Positions 36,401-48,400 of a stretch of DNA of 64,000 bases are shown piece after piece. The position numbers were made by a program, and so were the translations under genes. The notes under the pieces were generated by a model, which had not been told where the DNA came from, searched no databases, and saw only the letters and a list, made by a program, of their open reading frames with translations. Source of the stretch: Lingula anatina (Eukaryota > Animalia > Brachiopoda); the NCBI GenBank assembly GCA_051362555.1, contig CM120649.1:9362001-9426000 (forward strand). The letters are read 5' to 3'. Each line of letters begins with the position of its first letter. Position 1 is the stretch's first letter.

Positions 36401-39400
36401 TTCTATTATTTCTGTATGAGGCAGCCCAGTCAAAGCTGAACTTTTATATGAGTTTGATTATTTCTGTATGAGGTGGCCCAGTCTGAGCTGAACTTTTATA
36501 TGAGTTTGATTATTTCTGTATGAGGTGGCCCAGTCAGAGCTGGACATTTATATCTGAGTTTGATTATTTCAGTATGAGGTGGCCCAGTCAGAGCTGGACA
36601 TATATCTGAGCAACCAGAAGTCAGAGACCAACAAGCTCAGAGATATGGAAAATGGCCTTGAAACAGCTACCAAAACAATCAGTGAAAGGAAAGAGTAAGT
36701 CAGTTATCATCTAAATTTATAATAAGGAGAGACAGTTTTTCTAATTCTTTTGTAACCTAGTGTAATCAAGCCATTTTGCTTCTTTTCCCATCTGAAATTT
36801 TAACTATATCTTTATCTGTATCTTCTGATTGACTTATTTGGAATTCATCTGAAAATTTACAAACAAATGTAGACAAAATGACTAATCTTCTTTAAGCTAT
36901 CTTAAAATTGATTTTGTTCTTTACTCTGTGGTGTTCCTGACACTGATGTGACATATGACGAGGGGCTTCCATTCATTTTTTTTTTTTTTTTTTTTTGCTT
37001 AGGTCAGTAAAGCTTCTAGAGAGAAGTATACCAGAGACAGAGGCAGCACTACAGAAAACAAAGAAGGATTTGGGGGCTGCAACAGCTTTAGAAAATCAAC
37101 TAACAGCTGAGGTGAGGGGAACTTGTAGAACCACTACACTATTGTGGACATGCTTGTCCTTCTGTAGATGTTTGACTGGATGGGCTTAACAGTGAAACTG
37201 GTCAGTTTGGACAAGGCAGTCAGGTTATGAAATCAGGAGTACAGGTTACAAAATTCTTGATTCAACATTTGGTACAATTTCTAAAGTGATTATGTTCATT
37301 TTTATGTACAGACACAGATGTGTCTGTACATATAGCCATCATCTGCGTCTGTCGTCGCCGTCGTCGCCGTGCACTTTTTCCGATAACACGATAAGTGGAA
37401 AACCATTTTACCTTTTGACTTGAAACTTGCAGAACTGATGAATATTCATAATACGCAGGTCAAGTTCGAAAATCAGCATGATCGGGTCACTTTTAGGGAA
37501 TTTATGCTGTTTTTTCAATTTTTTCAGCATATATGCAGCACCGATAACACGATAAGTGGAAAACCATTTTACCTTTTGTCTTGAAACTTACAGAACTGAT
37601 GAATATTCATAATACGCAGGTCAAGTTCGAAAATCAGCATGATCGGGTCACTTTTAGGGAATTTATGCTGTTTTTTCACTTTTTTCAGCATATATGCAGC
37701 ACCGATAACACGATAAGTGGAAAACCATTTTACCTTTTGACTTGAAACTTACAGAACTGATGAATATTCATAATACGCAGGTCGAGTTCGAAAATCAGCA
37801 TGATTGGGTCACTTTTAGGGAATTTATGCTGTTTTTTCACTTTTTTCAGCATATATGCAGCACCGATAACACGATAAGTAGAAAACCATTTTACCTTTTG
37901 ACTTGAAACTTACAGAACTGATGAATATTCATAATACGCAGGTCAAGTTCGAAAATCAGCATGATTGGGCCATTTTTAGGGAATTTATGCTGTTTTTTCA
38001 CTATTTTCAATATAAATGCAACACTGATAACACAATATAAGAAAAACGGATTGGCCAATTGTAATTATACTCACAGGAGTGGTCAATCTTACTAAAACGC
38101 AGGATGAGTTCGAAAATCAGCATAATCGGGCCATTATTTTAGAAGTTATACTGTTTTTTCACATGTCTTCAGATTCAATTATTAGGCATGTTAACAGTCT
38201 CATTATTTAACTAATAAGATGCCTAAAAGTGTTTGTTTGATATTTCCTGCATCTTTACAACATTGTTAGTTGATTATGTAAAAAACATGGTAAACTTGTT
38301 ATCATGTATTATGTAATAAAGTGTCAAAAATGGAAATAAACTCATATCATTGCAGTTTGTCAGATTCAATCATCCACTATGTTCAGAATCTCAGAATGGA
38401 GGAAATTGGACATTTAACACTGTTCTATTGATAGTTTTCCCATCTCATCAATTTTCTTAGTTGGTCATATAAAAATGGCAGGAAAATGTTTATTTTGTTT
38501 TATGTTAAAAAAGTGTTAAAAATGGAAATAAACCCATTTCAGAACAGTGCTGTCTTGTTTACATTTTGGCATTTTCAAGGTGTGACTTTGAAGTTCCATG
38601 GGCCTGAAGACCTTTGCTAGTCACATTTTCTGAATATCTGTGATACAAATATTTTATAATTAAAAATTGATGGTCATTAAGCTGTTAAACATTATGTAAT
38701 ATTGCATCAAAATTTGAAGAAACCCCTATTTTGGGCACTGCTTCCATGATGACCATTTAAGGAAAATCATGTCACTTACTGTTCTCAAACTTACAGGAAA
38801 GAAACCTGGGACTAAAATACAGCTTCAGTAGGCAATGCAGTCTGTTTGGTATTTTTTTTTTCTTTTTTTTTTTTTTGGCAGTTAAACAGTTTTTTGTGAA
38901 AATTTAATTTTTCACATATTGGCATTTACAAGGTGTGACTTTAAAGTTCCATGATCTTGAAGACTTTTGCTTGTCACATTTTCTGAATGTCCATGTTACT
39001 AATATTTTATTAATAACATTTGATTGTCATCATGCTGTTCAACATGTTGCATCAAAATTTGAAGAAACCCCTATTTTGGGCACTGCTCCTATGATGACCA
39101 TTTAAGGGAAATCATGTCACTTACTGTTCTCAAACTTACAGGAAAGAAACATGGGTCTAACATACAGCTTCAATAGGCAATGCAGTCTGTTTGGTAAATT
39201 TTTCTGGCAATTTAACAGTTTTTTGTGAAAATTTAATTTTTCACTTATTTGCATCTTTATTTTCTGTTTTTTTTGTCTGTACATTTGACAGCTTTGCTGC
39301 CTTGTTAAATTAGCAACATAAGAAGCATGTGCTATAATTTGAACATGAGATAATAGGCAATATCTTCTCTCAGTTTATGTAGTGGGTATATAGTTACGTC

Positions 39401-42400
39401 TGTCCCTGTAGGTCCAGAGACGCCGTCTCAAGGTAGAAGAGGTACGCAGCTCCATGCAGGCCAGTAGCAGCAAGAGTCGGGTGTTAGCTGCTCTCACTGA
39501 AGCCAAAAAACAAGGCAAGATACCAGGTATCCGTGGCAGACTGGTAAGGAATTCCAACCTGTGGGTGGTGGTCCATTAGGTTCATAGTGGTCCATTATAA
39601 GAAATATCTATGACGGCAGTGGAACATGGACAAATTCATAGTAGTCCCAACTTTGTCTACACTGTAAAAACAGTGTTTAGCTCCTAAACACATTTCTAAG
39701 CGTCGTAGTAGTTTCAGTAGGATTGTAGTGGTCCATTAGGACCAGACTCTTATTGTGGTTAAGGTAGCCTTGGCTATCAACCTGGGCCCAATTTGTTAAA
39801 CCATGTTTGGCACTAAGTAGCACTTAGTTATATCTACTTTATGGCCAGTTAATTTTTATATGTTCCATTTAATTTTCCTAAACATTAAATGAAAATGGCC
39901 TTCTGTGCCTATGTGGAGTCTTCAAAGAAAAGATAAATATCTGTAAGGTAAAGAAGAGAGAGGGATTGTTTAATATAGAAAAACAGGAACTGATTGGGCA
40001 TTTAAAGATGCATATGAAGTCATTTTTTTGCCACAAAAAGTCAATCAAATGCCAGCATACAGTTTCAAGTAGAATAACTAAGAGAATTACCAAAAGGCAT
40101 TGTTTAATTTTCCAAAAAAAAAAAATTATATTTGAACAGATTTTTCTACTAGCATTCTATGCTGTATATCAATAGGACAGAAAGGAGCAGTCTAAAGCTC
40201 TTATATGGCTGATCGAGTGATTTATTCAGTTTATCCCTTGGCATGTCAAATTTATTTGAGTCGTATAAGAAAGTAGTAGAAGTGGTTTATATATATATAC
40301 TGACAGTCAGTGAAAATGCATCAGAAAACTTTCTTGTACTTTTTTACCGAGAATCGATTCCAACCATATAAACGAGTACAAATGCAATTGTTTGGTCATA
40401 AGAGAGTGGGCTGATCACTATTTCATATTTCACATGAAAACTGTTATTTTCTTAATGTGCCAAAGGAACTTAAAAATATTATTTGATAAATAAATGATGT
40501 GTTTTCATTGACTCTGTCGGTATATGTTGCTGGGAATCCACGCTTCACCAATGCTTGGTTCATATGTACCTTTAAATTTCATGATGATCTTGCTCCAAAA
40601 AACTTTCACAAATTACACCTTGATTCTCATTTCTTATTTCTCAGTTAGCCTCTGTGGATATAGCATGTTATTGTTAGTGAGTGCAAATGGATTATTACAA
40701 TGCTCATTGATAATATAATTATTACCACCAGCGTGTACACTGGCGGTACTCATGGTTTAAGTCCCGACCCGTCTCGTACGGCTCCTGCGGCTACGCGTTC
40801 TGGCGCTGGATACAAGTCACCGTTACCACTCTTCTCCTAGACCGCAAGGACCGGTGCCCCCATCTCTTGGATTTAGGTCACCTATAATCTCAACTTGAAC
40901 CCCCTGCTTTTTTTGTCTCAATCGGTGCAATGGCCTGGGCGTGACGCTCGTTGAAATGTATCCTTGTCAAAATTTTGGAAAATTTAATGCAAAATATCTC
41001 CCAAACCAAAGGAACTATGGGAAAAATTTATATAGAAGTCTGGCCCAAAGTCATATGTGAAGATTCCAAATATGCCCTTGGATTTGACCTTTATTTCAAG
41101 GTCAAATGGGCCGAAATTTTCTAAAAATGGGAATATTTTGCAAAAAAAAAAAATTTTTGTGCCAATTTTCAGAAACTACACAGACCTAAGCTCTCATATT
41201 ACATTGGGGGTTACAATTAGGGACTTCTTTCATTTTCTAGAGTTTTGGGTCAATCAGTGCATTTTCACGGGAGAAGCAGCCATTAGAAAATCTAATGGCA
41301 AAACTGAAAACTCTCCCTAATTCTCAAACCCTAAATGCTGTAGACCAATGTTTTTGCATTTTGTAGAACTTGTCAAGTGCAATACTGAAGATAGAGTCCT
41401 TTTTTTGTTTCGATATGGTTTAGGAATTACGCTATATCAAAAAGTACAATGTCGCAATATTCAGTGGTAAGAATAAAATGTGAAATACTCTCAAATTAGC
41501 AGAGATATGCCCATAGTTACTATTGAACTTGAATAGGAAGTCATTTACTGGCTACCTTACTGTGACCTTGAAATTGACCTTTGACCTACTTTTTACCATG
41601 AACTTAACTTTGCAAATTTTTCATCCATTATACCTCCAAAAATCAGTTTTGCCTATTGTTTCTATTGATTTGAATAGGAAGTCATATACTTGCAATCTTA
41701 CTCTGACCTTGAAATTAAACTTTGACCTACTTTTTATTATGAACTGAACGTTGCAACATCTCAGTCCCTTATATCTCCAAAACTAGCAGAGATAGGGCCA
41801 TAGTTACTATTGAACTCGAATAGGAAGTCACATACTGGCAATCTAAATGTGACCTTGAAATTGACCTTTGACCTACTTTTCAACATGAACTGTCTTTGCA
41901 AGATTTTGTTCCTTTATATCTCCAAAACTGGCAGAGATATGCCCATAGTTGCTATTGAACTTGAATAGGAAGTCATAAACTGGCAATCTAACTGCAACCT
42001 TGAAATTGACCTTTGACCTACTTTTCACCGTGAACTGAACTTTGTAACTTTTCTGTCTCTGTATCTGCAAAACTGGCAGAGATATGCTCATTGCTACTAT
42101 TGAACTTGAATGGGAAGTCATATACTGACAATCTGTGACCTTGAAATTTACCTTTGACCTATTTTTTACCATGAACTGAACTTTGCAAGTTTTCTGTCCG
42201 TTATGTCTCCAAAACTGGTTGATCAAACCATTTTTACAAAGGCTATGCAGTTCTTTTGGCATATTTTGAGAAGTGGTTGATTGCAATTGGTAAATTTTGT
42301 TAATCACAGCACAGGTGGTGGTGGTGGTTGCGCTTACTCCAGCTGGTGGTACAATATCCGGAGGCAGTATCGCCTCTCTGATCCTTTAGTATGATACTGA

Positions 42401-45400
42401 TATATATACTGAAATTGATTACAAAGAATTTGACATTTTGCTTCAGCTAGAGCAAAGACGTGTTTTTGGTCAGCCCTTCCACTGATGTCTGTACTCTTGA
42501 TTGTAGGGGGACCTGGGCGCCATAGATGAGAAATATGACATTGCTATCTCCACAGCCTGTGGTTCCTTAGACAACGTGGTGGTTGACAGCATCAACACAG
42601 CGCAGTGCTGTGTGGAGTTCCTGAAGAAAAACAACATTGGCAGTGCCACCTTCATGGGGCTGGACAAGATGGAGAAATGGAGAGAACATGTTAATAAAAG
42701 AATTAAAACGTAAATATTCCAGCTATAACTGTGCAGTATCATTAGTGTTTTATCGTATTGTATTGTTGCTTATCTATATATTCATAAGTATTCTCCTTTA
42801 TATCCCCATCACACTAGAGGTGAAATGAGCAAGAATGCCGTCGGAAAGACAATTCTTTGTGCGTTCTTGGATATTCCAAGAGCATTCTAAAAATTCCGAG
42901 TGCATTCCAAATATTTTTACCCATTCTTGTGGCCGGCCCGAATGTTTTGCTCATGTTAAAAACTTCCGAAGTGCATTCCAAGAGGAAAATTATCGAATGA
43001 CATTTGAATAGTATTCGTCTAGTGGGATTTCCACAAAATATGAATAGTAGGGGCATTTTGGGGTAAAAGTTGGGAACCAGGCTTATTGGCATAAATTTGG
43101 CATGCTGAATCCGATTAACCCGGTTCCCAAGAGAAATTTTGCGTTTTTAACTGTCTAATTTGCGAAAAAACAAAATGACACAGGTTTCCAATTTTCTGCA
43201 ATATCTCTGGCGGCCATTTTGTTTTTTTTTTTGCAAATTAGACAGTTAAAAACACTAATTTTTGCTTGGGAACCGGTTTAATTGGATTCAGCATGCCAAA
43301 TTTATGCCAATAAGCCTGGTCCCCAACTTTTACCCCAAAATGCCCCTTGCTTCTTATGCAGAGCCTTTTTTCAAAAATCCCACTAGGCTATATTCTAACT
43401 GCACTAGGACTGCATTCGAAATATTATTAGGGCATTCCGATAGCATTCGAAACATTCTGATTGCGTTCTAGGGAGAACCAAAATGGCAAGACAGCTAGAA
43501 AGAGCTGAAATGCAACTCGAATGCATCTCGATGGCTGCTGAAATCCTATTTCAGCCAGCAATCAAACTACACTCGTAGGGCATTCAAAGTGTATTCTAAA
43601 TATTCTGACAGCATTATCGATATTCCTAGTTTTCCAACTACATTTGAGCTGCATTTGCTTGAATCATTCCAGGCGGATTCAAGCGCATTCCAAGTATTCC
43701 AAAGGCATTCTTACAAGAATTTAGGTCAATTTGAAATTTCTTCCCGAATGTAGTACAAATTTTGTAAATTCTTCATTTCGGCTTGTTCTGCTTGATTCCT
43801 GCTGATTCGAATAAGTGTGACGGGGGGCTGTAGGCAGTTTTCCCATCAGGCTGTGATTTGGACAACTAAATTAATGCTTCTTATGTCTATTAGCAAATAA
43901 TGAAATGTTGCATACCCTTGTTGCAGTATATGATCTCTAATAACCAAGTATCAATTTTGTTCCATTATTTTCACTCTTAGGGACCATTCCCATACCCTAT
44001 GGTACTAGCAGGAACGATCTATCTCCAAAAGATTGCTTGCTAAATAGCATTTAATTTAAAAGGATAACAGCTGTTCATTTTGGTCAAAAACTGAATTTTC
44101 CTGGGGGTAAACGGCAACTTTCCTACATTTACCAATGGTTAATGAATCCATTTCTATATTCATAGTTAGTTCCTTTTTTTTATATATAAAGTTTGCTCTT
44201 TTGTAATAATCTCTTAAGAGTATAGTCATCTATGGAGGTCACGTGGTTCGATGGCAAGCACAGATTTCAGAATAATTGCTATAACTGTCATTTTTTTATG
44301 GTAAAATAGAATACATTATATTTCTATGAGTTCTTTACAATGCATTTACTGTGAAATGCAGTTCTCATACGAAGAGTTGTTATCCTTTTATTTGACATGA
44401 AAGTTAATTACCCCACTAGCAGCTTCAGACTGGGTTCCCATACCTAGGTGGATCTAACCAGATCCATCCATCTCCAAGGGGTTTCTCATTAAATTGATTT
44501 CAGCTTAAGCAGCTTAGATGTCTGGCACACTTATTGGAGCTTCCAAATGATAATTAATTACCCGTAGCAGCTTCAGTAGGTGTGACAGACATCAAAGCCA
44601 CCCAAGTAAATTGCAGTTTAACAAGAATCCCCTCAGAGATAGATCGATCCACAGTTAGTACGATAGGGTCTGGGAATGGTCCCTTAGTTGGCATGACAGA
44701 CATTTATGCTGCTTAAACTGAATTCAATTAAGCAAGAATCACCTTGGAGTTAGATATATCCTGCTAGTATGATAGGTTTTTGGGAGCCCAGTCTTAATCA
44801 TGCCACATATTTATGTTGCATCTCTTTTATTGGCCTGTTTTATTTTAGTCCAGAGAATGTTCCAAGGCTTTTTGATTTGGTGAGAGTGGGAGATGACAGC
44901 ATCAGGACAGCTTTTTACTTTGCCTTGAGGGACACACTAGTGGCCAGTGACCTGGAGCAAGCCACGCGCATCGCATATGGGAAACAACGCTTTCGTGTGG
45001 TTACACTGAAGGGGGATCTCATTGACCAGTCAGGTAATGTGGTCACATTGCAGGGGAATCTTAGTCTGTGTAATGAGCTTCATTGTCTGTCACACCCTTT
45101 CATAACTGAATGTAATTGAAAAGTTGGGAAAACTTTGTGGCCCATTATGTTGTTCAGGTTGCTTTGGTAGAGGGCATGCCAGACAATTAAACTGATAACA
45201 TTGACTAGGCCTAAGCGAGAATCCCCGTTCAGATGCATCGATTCAGCTAAAACAATAACTCCTATTCTGAACATGCCCGAATCAGTCAGGTAATGTAGTT
45301 ACATTGAAGGGGAACTTCCTGATCAGTCAGCTAATGTAGTTACATTGAAGGGGGGTCTTATTAATCAGTCAGGTAATATAGTTACATTGAAGGCGGGTCT

Positions 45401-48400
45401 TATTAATTAGTCAGGTAATGAAGTTACATTGAAGGCGGGTCTTATTAATCAGTCAGGTAATGTAGTTACATTGAAGGCGGGTCTTATTAAGGTAGTAATT
45501 AACAGTAAATTGTCAAAATTTGGGTGTTTTTCTGAATTTGTCAGTATTAGATAGATGAAATATCAACTACATAGCAGCCTATCTTAAAATAATGGAAGTT
45601 TACACATAAACCCGTAATTTTAGCCTAATTGCTGATTTACCCCTGTGGTAGCGTGTCTGAATTTTAAAGTAGGTCACACTTGTCCATATATGTGTTTGAT
45701 TGGCAGCTCCACTGTGCAGCTGTATATTTCCCGTACTAGATTGCTGCTAAGCCTTTCACATTCTGTGAGTAACGTCCCGCTTTCACTTGCCAAACAATAC
45801 TTTTCATTTTGAATTTATCAGTGAACTTAATTCTGACGATCTATTAAAGCTTTAAAAAGCAGACATATAGATAAGACGTATATGGGCAAAGGCACTCCCC
45901 CTAGGTGTCACGTGGTGAAGAAGGCTGACTTCACGACTAACATGGTGGCTGCTGTCAATGCATGGAGGGGGCCTCTGGTTGAAAATGTTCAATAATAATG
46001 TTGAAAATGGATGAAAGATATAGTGACAGTTACACAGGCAGTGAGTAGAGGGCTGAACCAGTACAGTCATATGGCAACTGGCTGCGCGTAGGAAGATATT
46101 CAGAACGGAGCGCGTGCGCTGAGATGACGTCGCGGTTGAAATTTTGTAAATTTCGCAACCAACGCGGAAATGAAAGAATTGTACTTTATTACCTCTGTTG
46201 GTGCTTATGAAAAATTAAGACATGGTAGCAGAGTTTATCACGCGTCTGTAAGTGTGAGATTTACCCAGAATCAAAGTGAAATGAAGGAAATGTAACTCGA
46301 CAAAGTCGGCCAACATGCCGATTATTATCCATAGCAACACCGTAACATTTTGAGATATCTCCTATCACAGAGAGTGTGCACCTTATTCCAGTCGATAGAA
46401 GATGACTTTTAATACGCAAAATAAACCTACCAAGTTTCATCAGAATTTATTCTGGCAACTTTTTTTTGCCAGCTGTTGAAGTGCGTTTTTGACCCTATTC
46501 CGCTAGATGTCAGCCATATTCTGACGTCATTTTTTCCAATACAGAAGCAAGTGAAGGTCTGCTGACTTTTTCAAATATCGAAAATCAAAGTACTTATCTT
46601 TTATTTCAGTAACAAAACTATATTTCCAATAATTATAATCAAAAACCAATGTGTTAAAATCACTTTTACCTTCTCGGATGTCTTAATTCAAAGACGACGA
46701 TTTTTATCATTATCGCACCTGCAGTTCTGTACTGGCGATGAGAGTTCTTCACGAAATTTGTCGTCATACAGCAGTCTGCACAATTTTGAATGAAAAATCG
46801 ACTTAGCATCAGAGTATCCAATTTGTTCACCTTTACGTATTAGGTCTCAATCTCTGTTGTTTATTTCCATTATCAAATTTCAGCAAACAAAACGACTTCA
46901 GAATTTAGCACTGCACACGTCTTTGACACATTTCCACTTGATGTAGGGGAGTTCAGTTTGTAGCAGACACTTGCCATAAATTTGATTACTTAAAGTTGCA
47001 TGAAATGAAACGATGTAAATCTTGATATTTTTTGCAAATACTCAAAAGATTTAAAATCGTATTTGAAATTATTTATACAAAAATCTCAGTACCTGTTACT
47101 GAGCTGTCCCCCTCAATTCTTTCTTTTACAAAAATGGACTGAGCCGTACAAATTTGGAATGTGGCACTGGTATCTTTGATACATTTTGGATACTTTTTGG
47201 AGATTTGCACCTGGGTCAACCAAGTACGCTTTCCATGGGAAATTTATATTTACTTTGTTTACAAATTTTTCACTGTTTACCATGGAATGAACAGTACACG
47301 TTCTGGCAGTGACACTTTATTTGTATCAGGGTACATATATAAGTCAAACATATTTCCGTTAGTAAAAGTGTGTCGTGAGACTCGTGACTGTAGAATTCAC
47401 TTATATTACTTTTCTAACAATTCCATATTTTTAAGCTTGTATATTTTTTATTTTAATATATATATTTGGTGCTGATCAAAGGAGAAACTAAAGGGCAAAG
47501 ATATACTTACAATCTTAAATTGGCGAGTTACACCCAGAATAAAAACTATCATGCATTGAATGTAAAGTTCAATTTATAAGTTAAACAAAACTCAGAAATG
47601 CATAAATCTAAAGTCCTTTTTAATATATCGCTTTCAGGCTTTTATTTGTATGTGAAACAAAAAAGTATCGCTAATTTAATTGTAGTTTGATCATTGTTGA
47701 GAAGCTTGCTGTACAGATAAAATAAGAAAACTGTTTTCTCTCATCCCATCTGCCATGAACAGGTTATAAGCATGCCAGAAAACATATTGGCATATACAGG
47801 CAGAAAAGCTCCTCATCTGTGAATTCTGAAATAATGAGAAATAAAGAAGCTGACAATAATAGTAATGAAATTAATAACAATAAAGAAAAGAGCTAACTGA
47901 GCAATTTTAAAATACACTGAGGTACATCATACCGGTACATGGTAAACCCATATGCCATTGAAATGATAGTTAAACTAAACATCATGATGCATGAATTGCG
48001 TTTTACTTTAGAAGGCCTGCTTTACAAACGTTATCATGAACCAGAATTACCTTTGTTAAATGTTTGTCATCCTTTTCTGTTCTAGAGTTAAGCCACAACC
48101 CGCAGCAGATCCACATTTGTCCGCCTCTCTCACTTCTTTACACGTGTTCACTCCAATTTGTTTACGCAAACCCTATACATATGTAGGTCAACATATAATC
48201 TCCTGCATAAATGATATTAGATTACGTAAATCCAAACCCTTTCCTTAGGTAAGGCCTTTCAAAAAATGATAAATTCTCATTAATAATATCATACACAAGT
48301 GGTCCAATATTTCAAATGCATATCCACAAGCACATGTTTGCCTTTTGCATATCACGCATCAAGAATAGGTGAAGGTTGTTCATAAAAAATACTCACTGAA

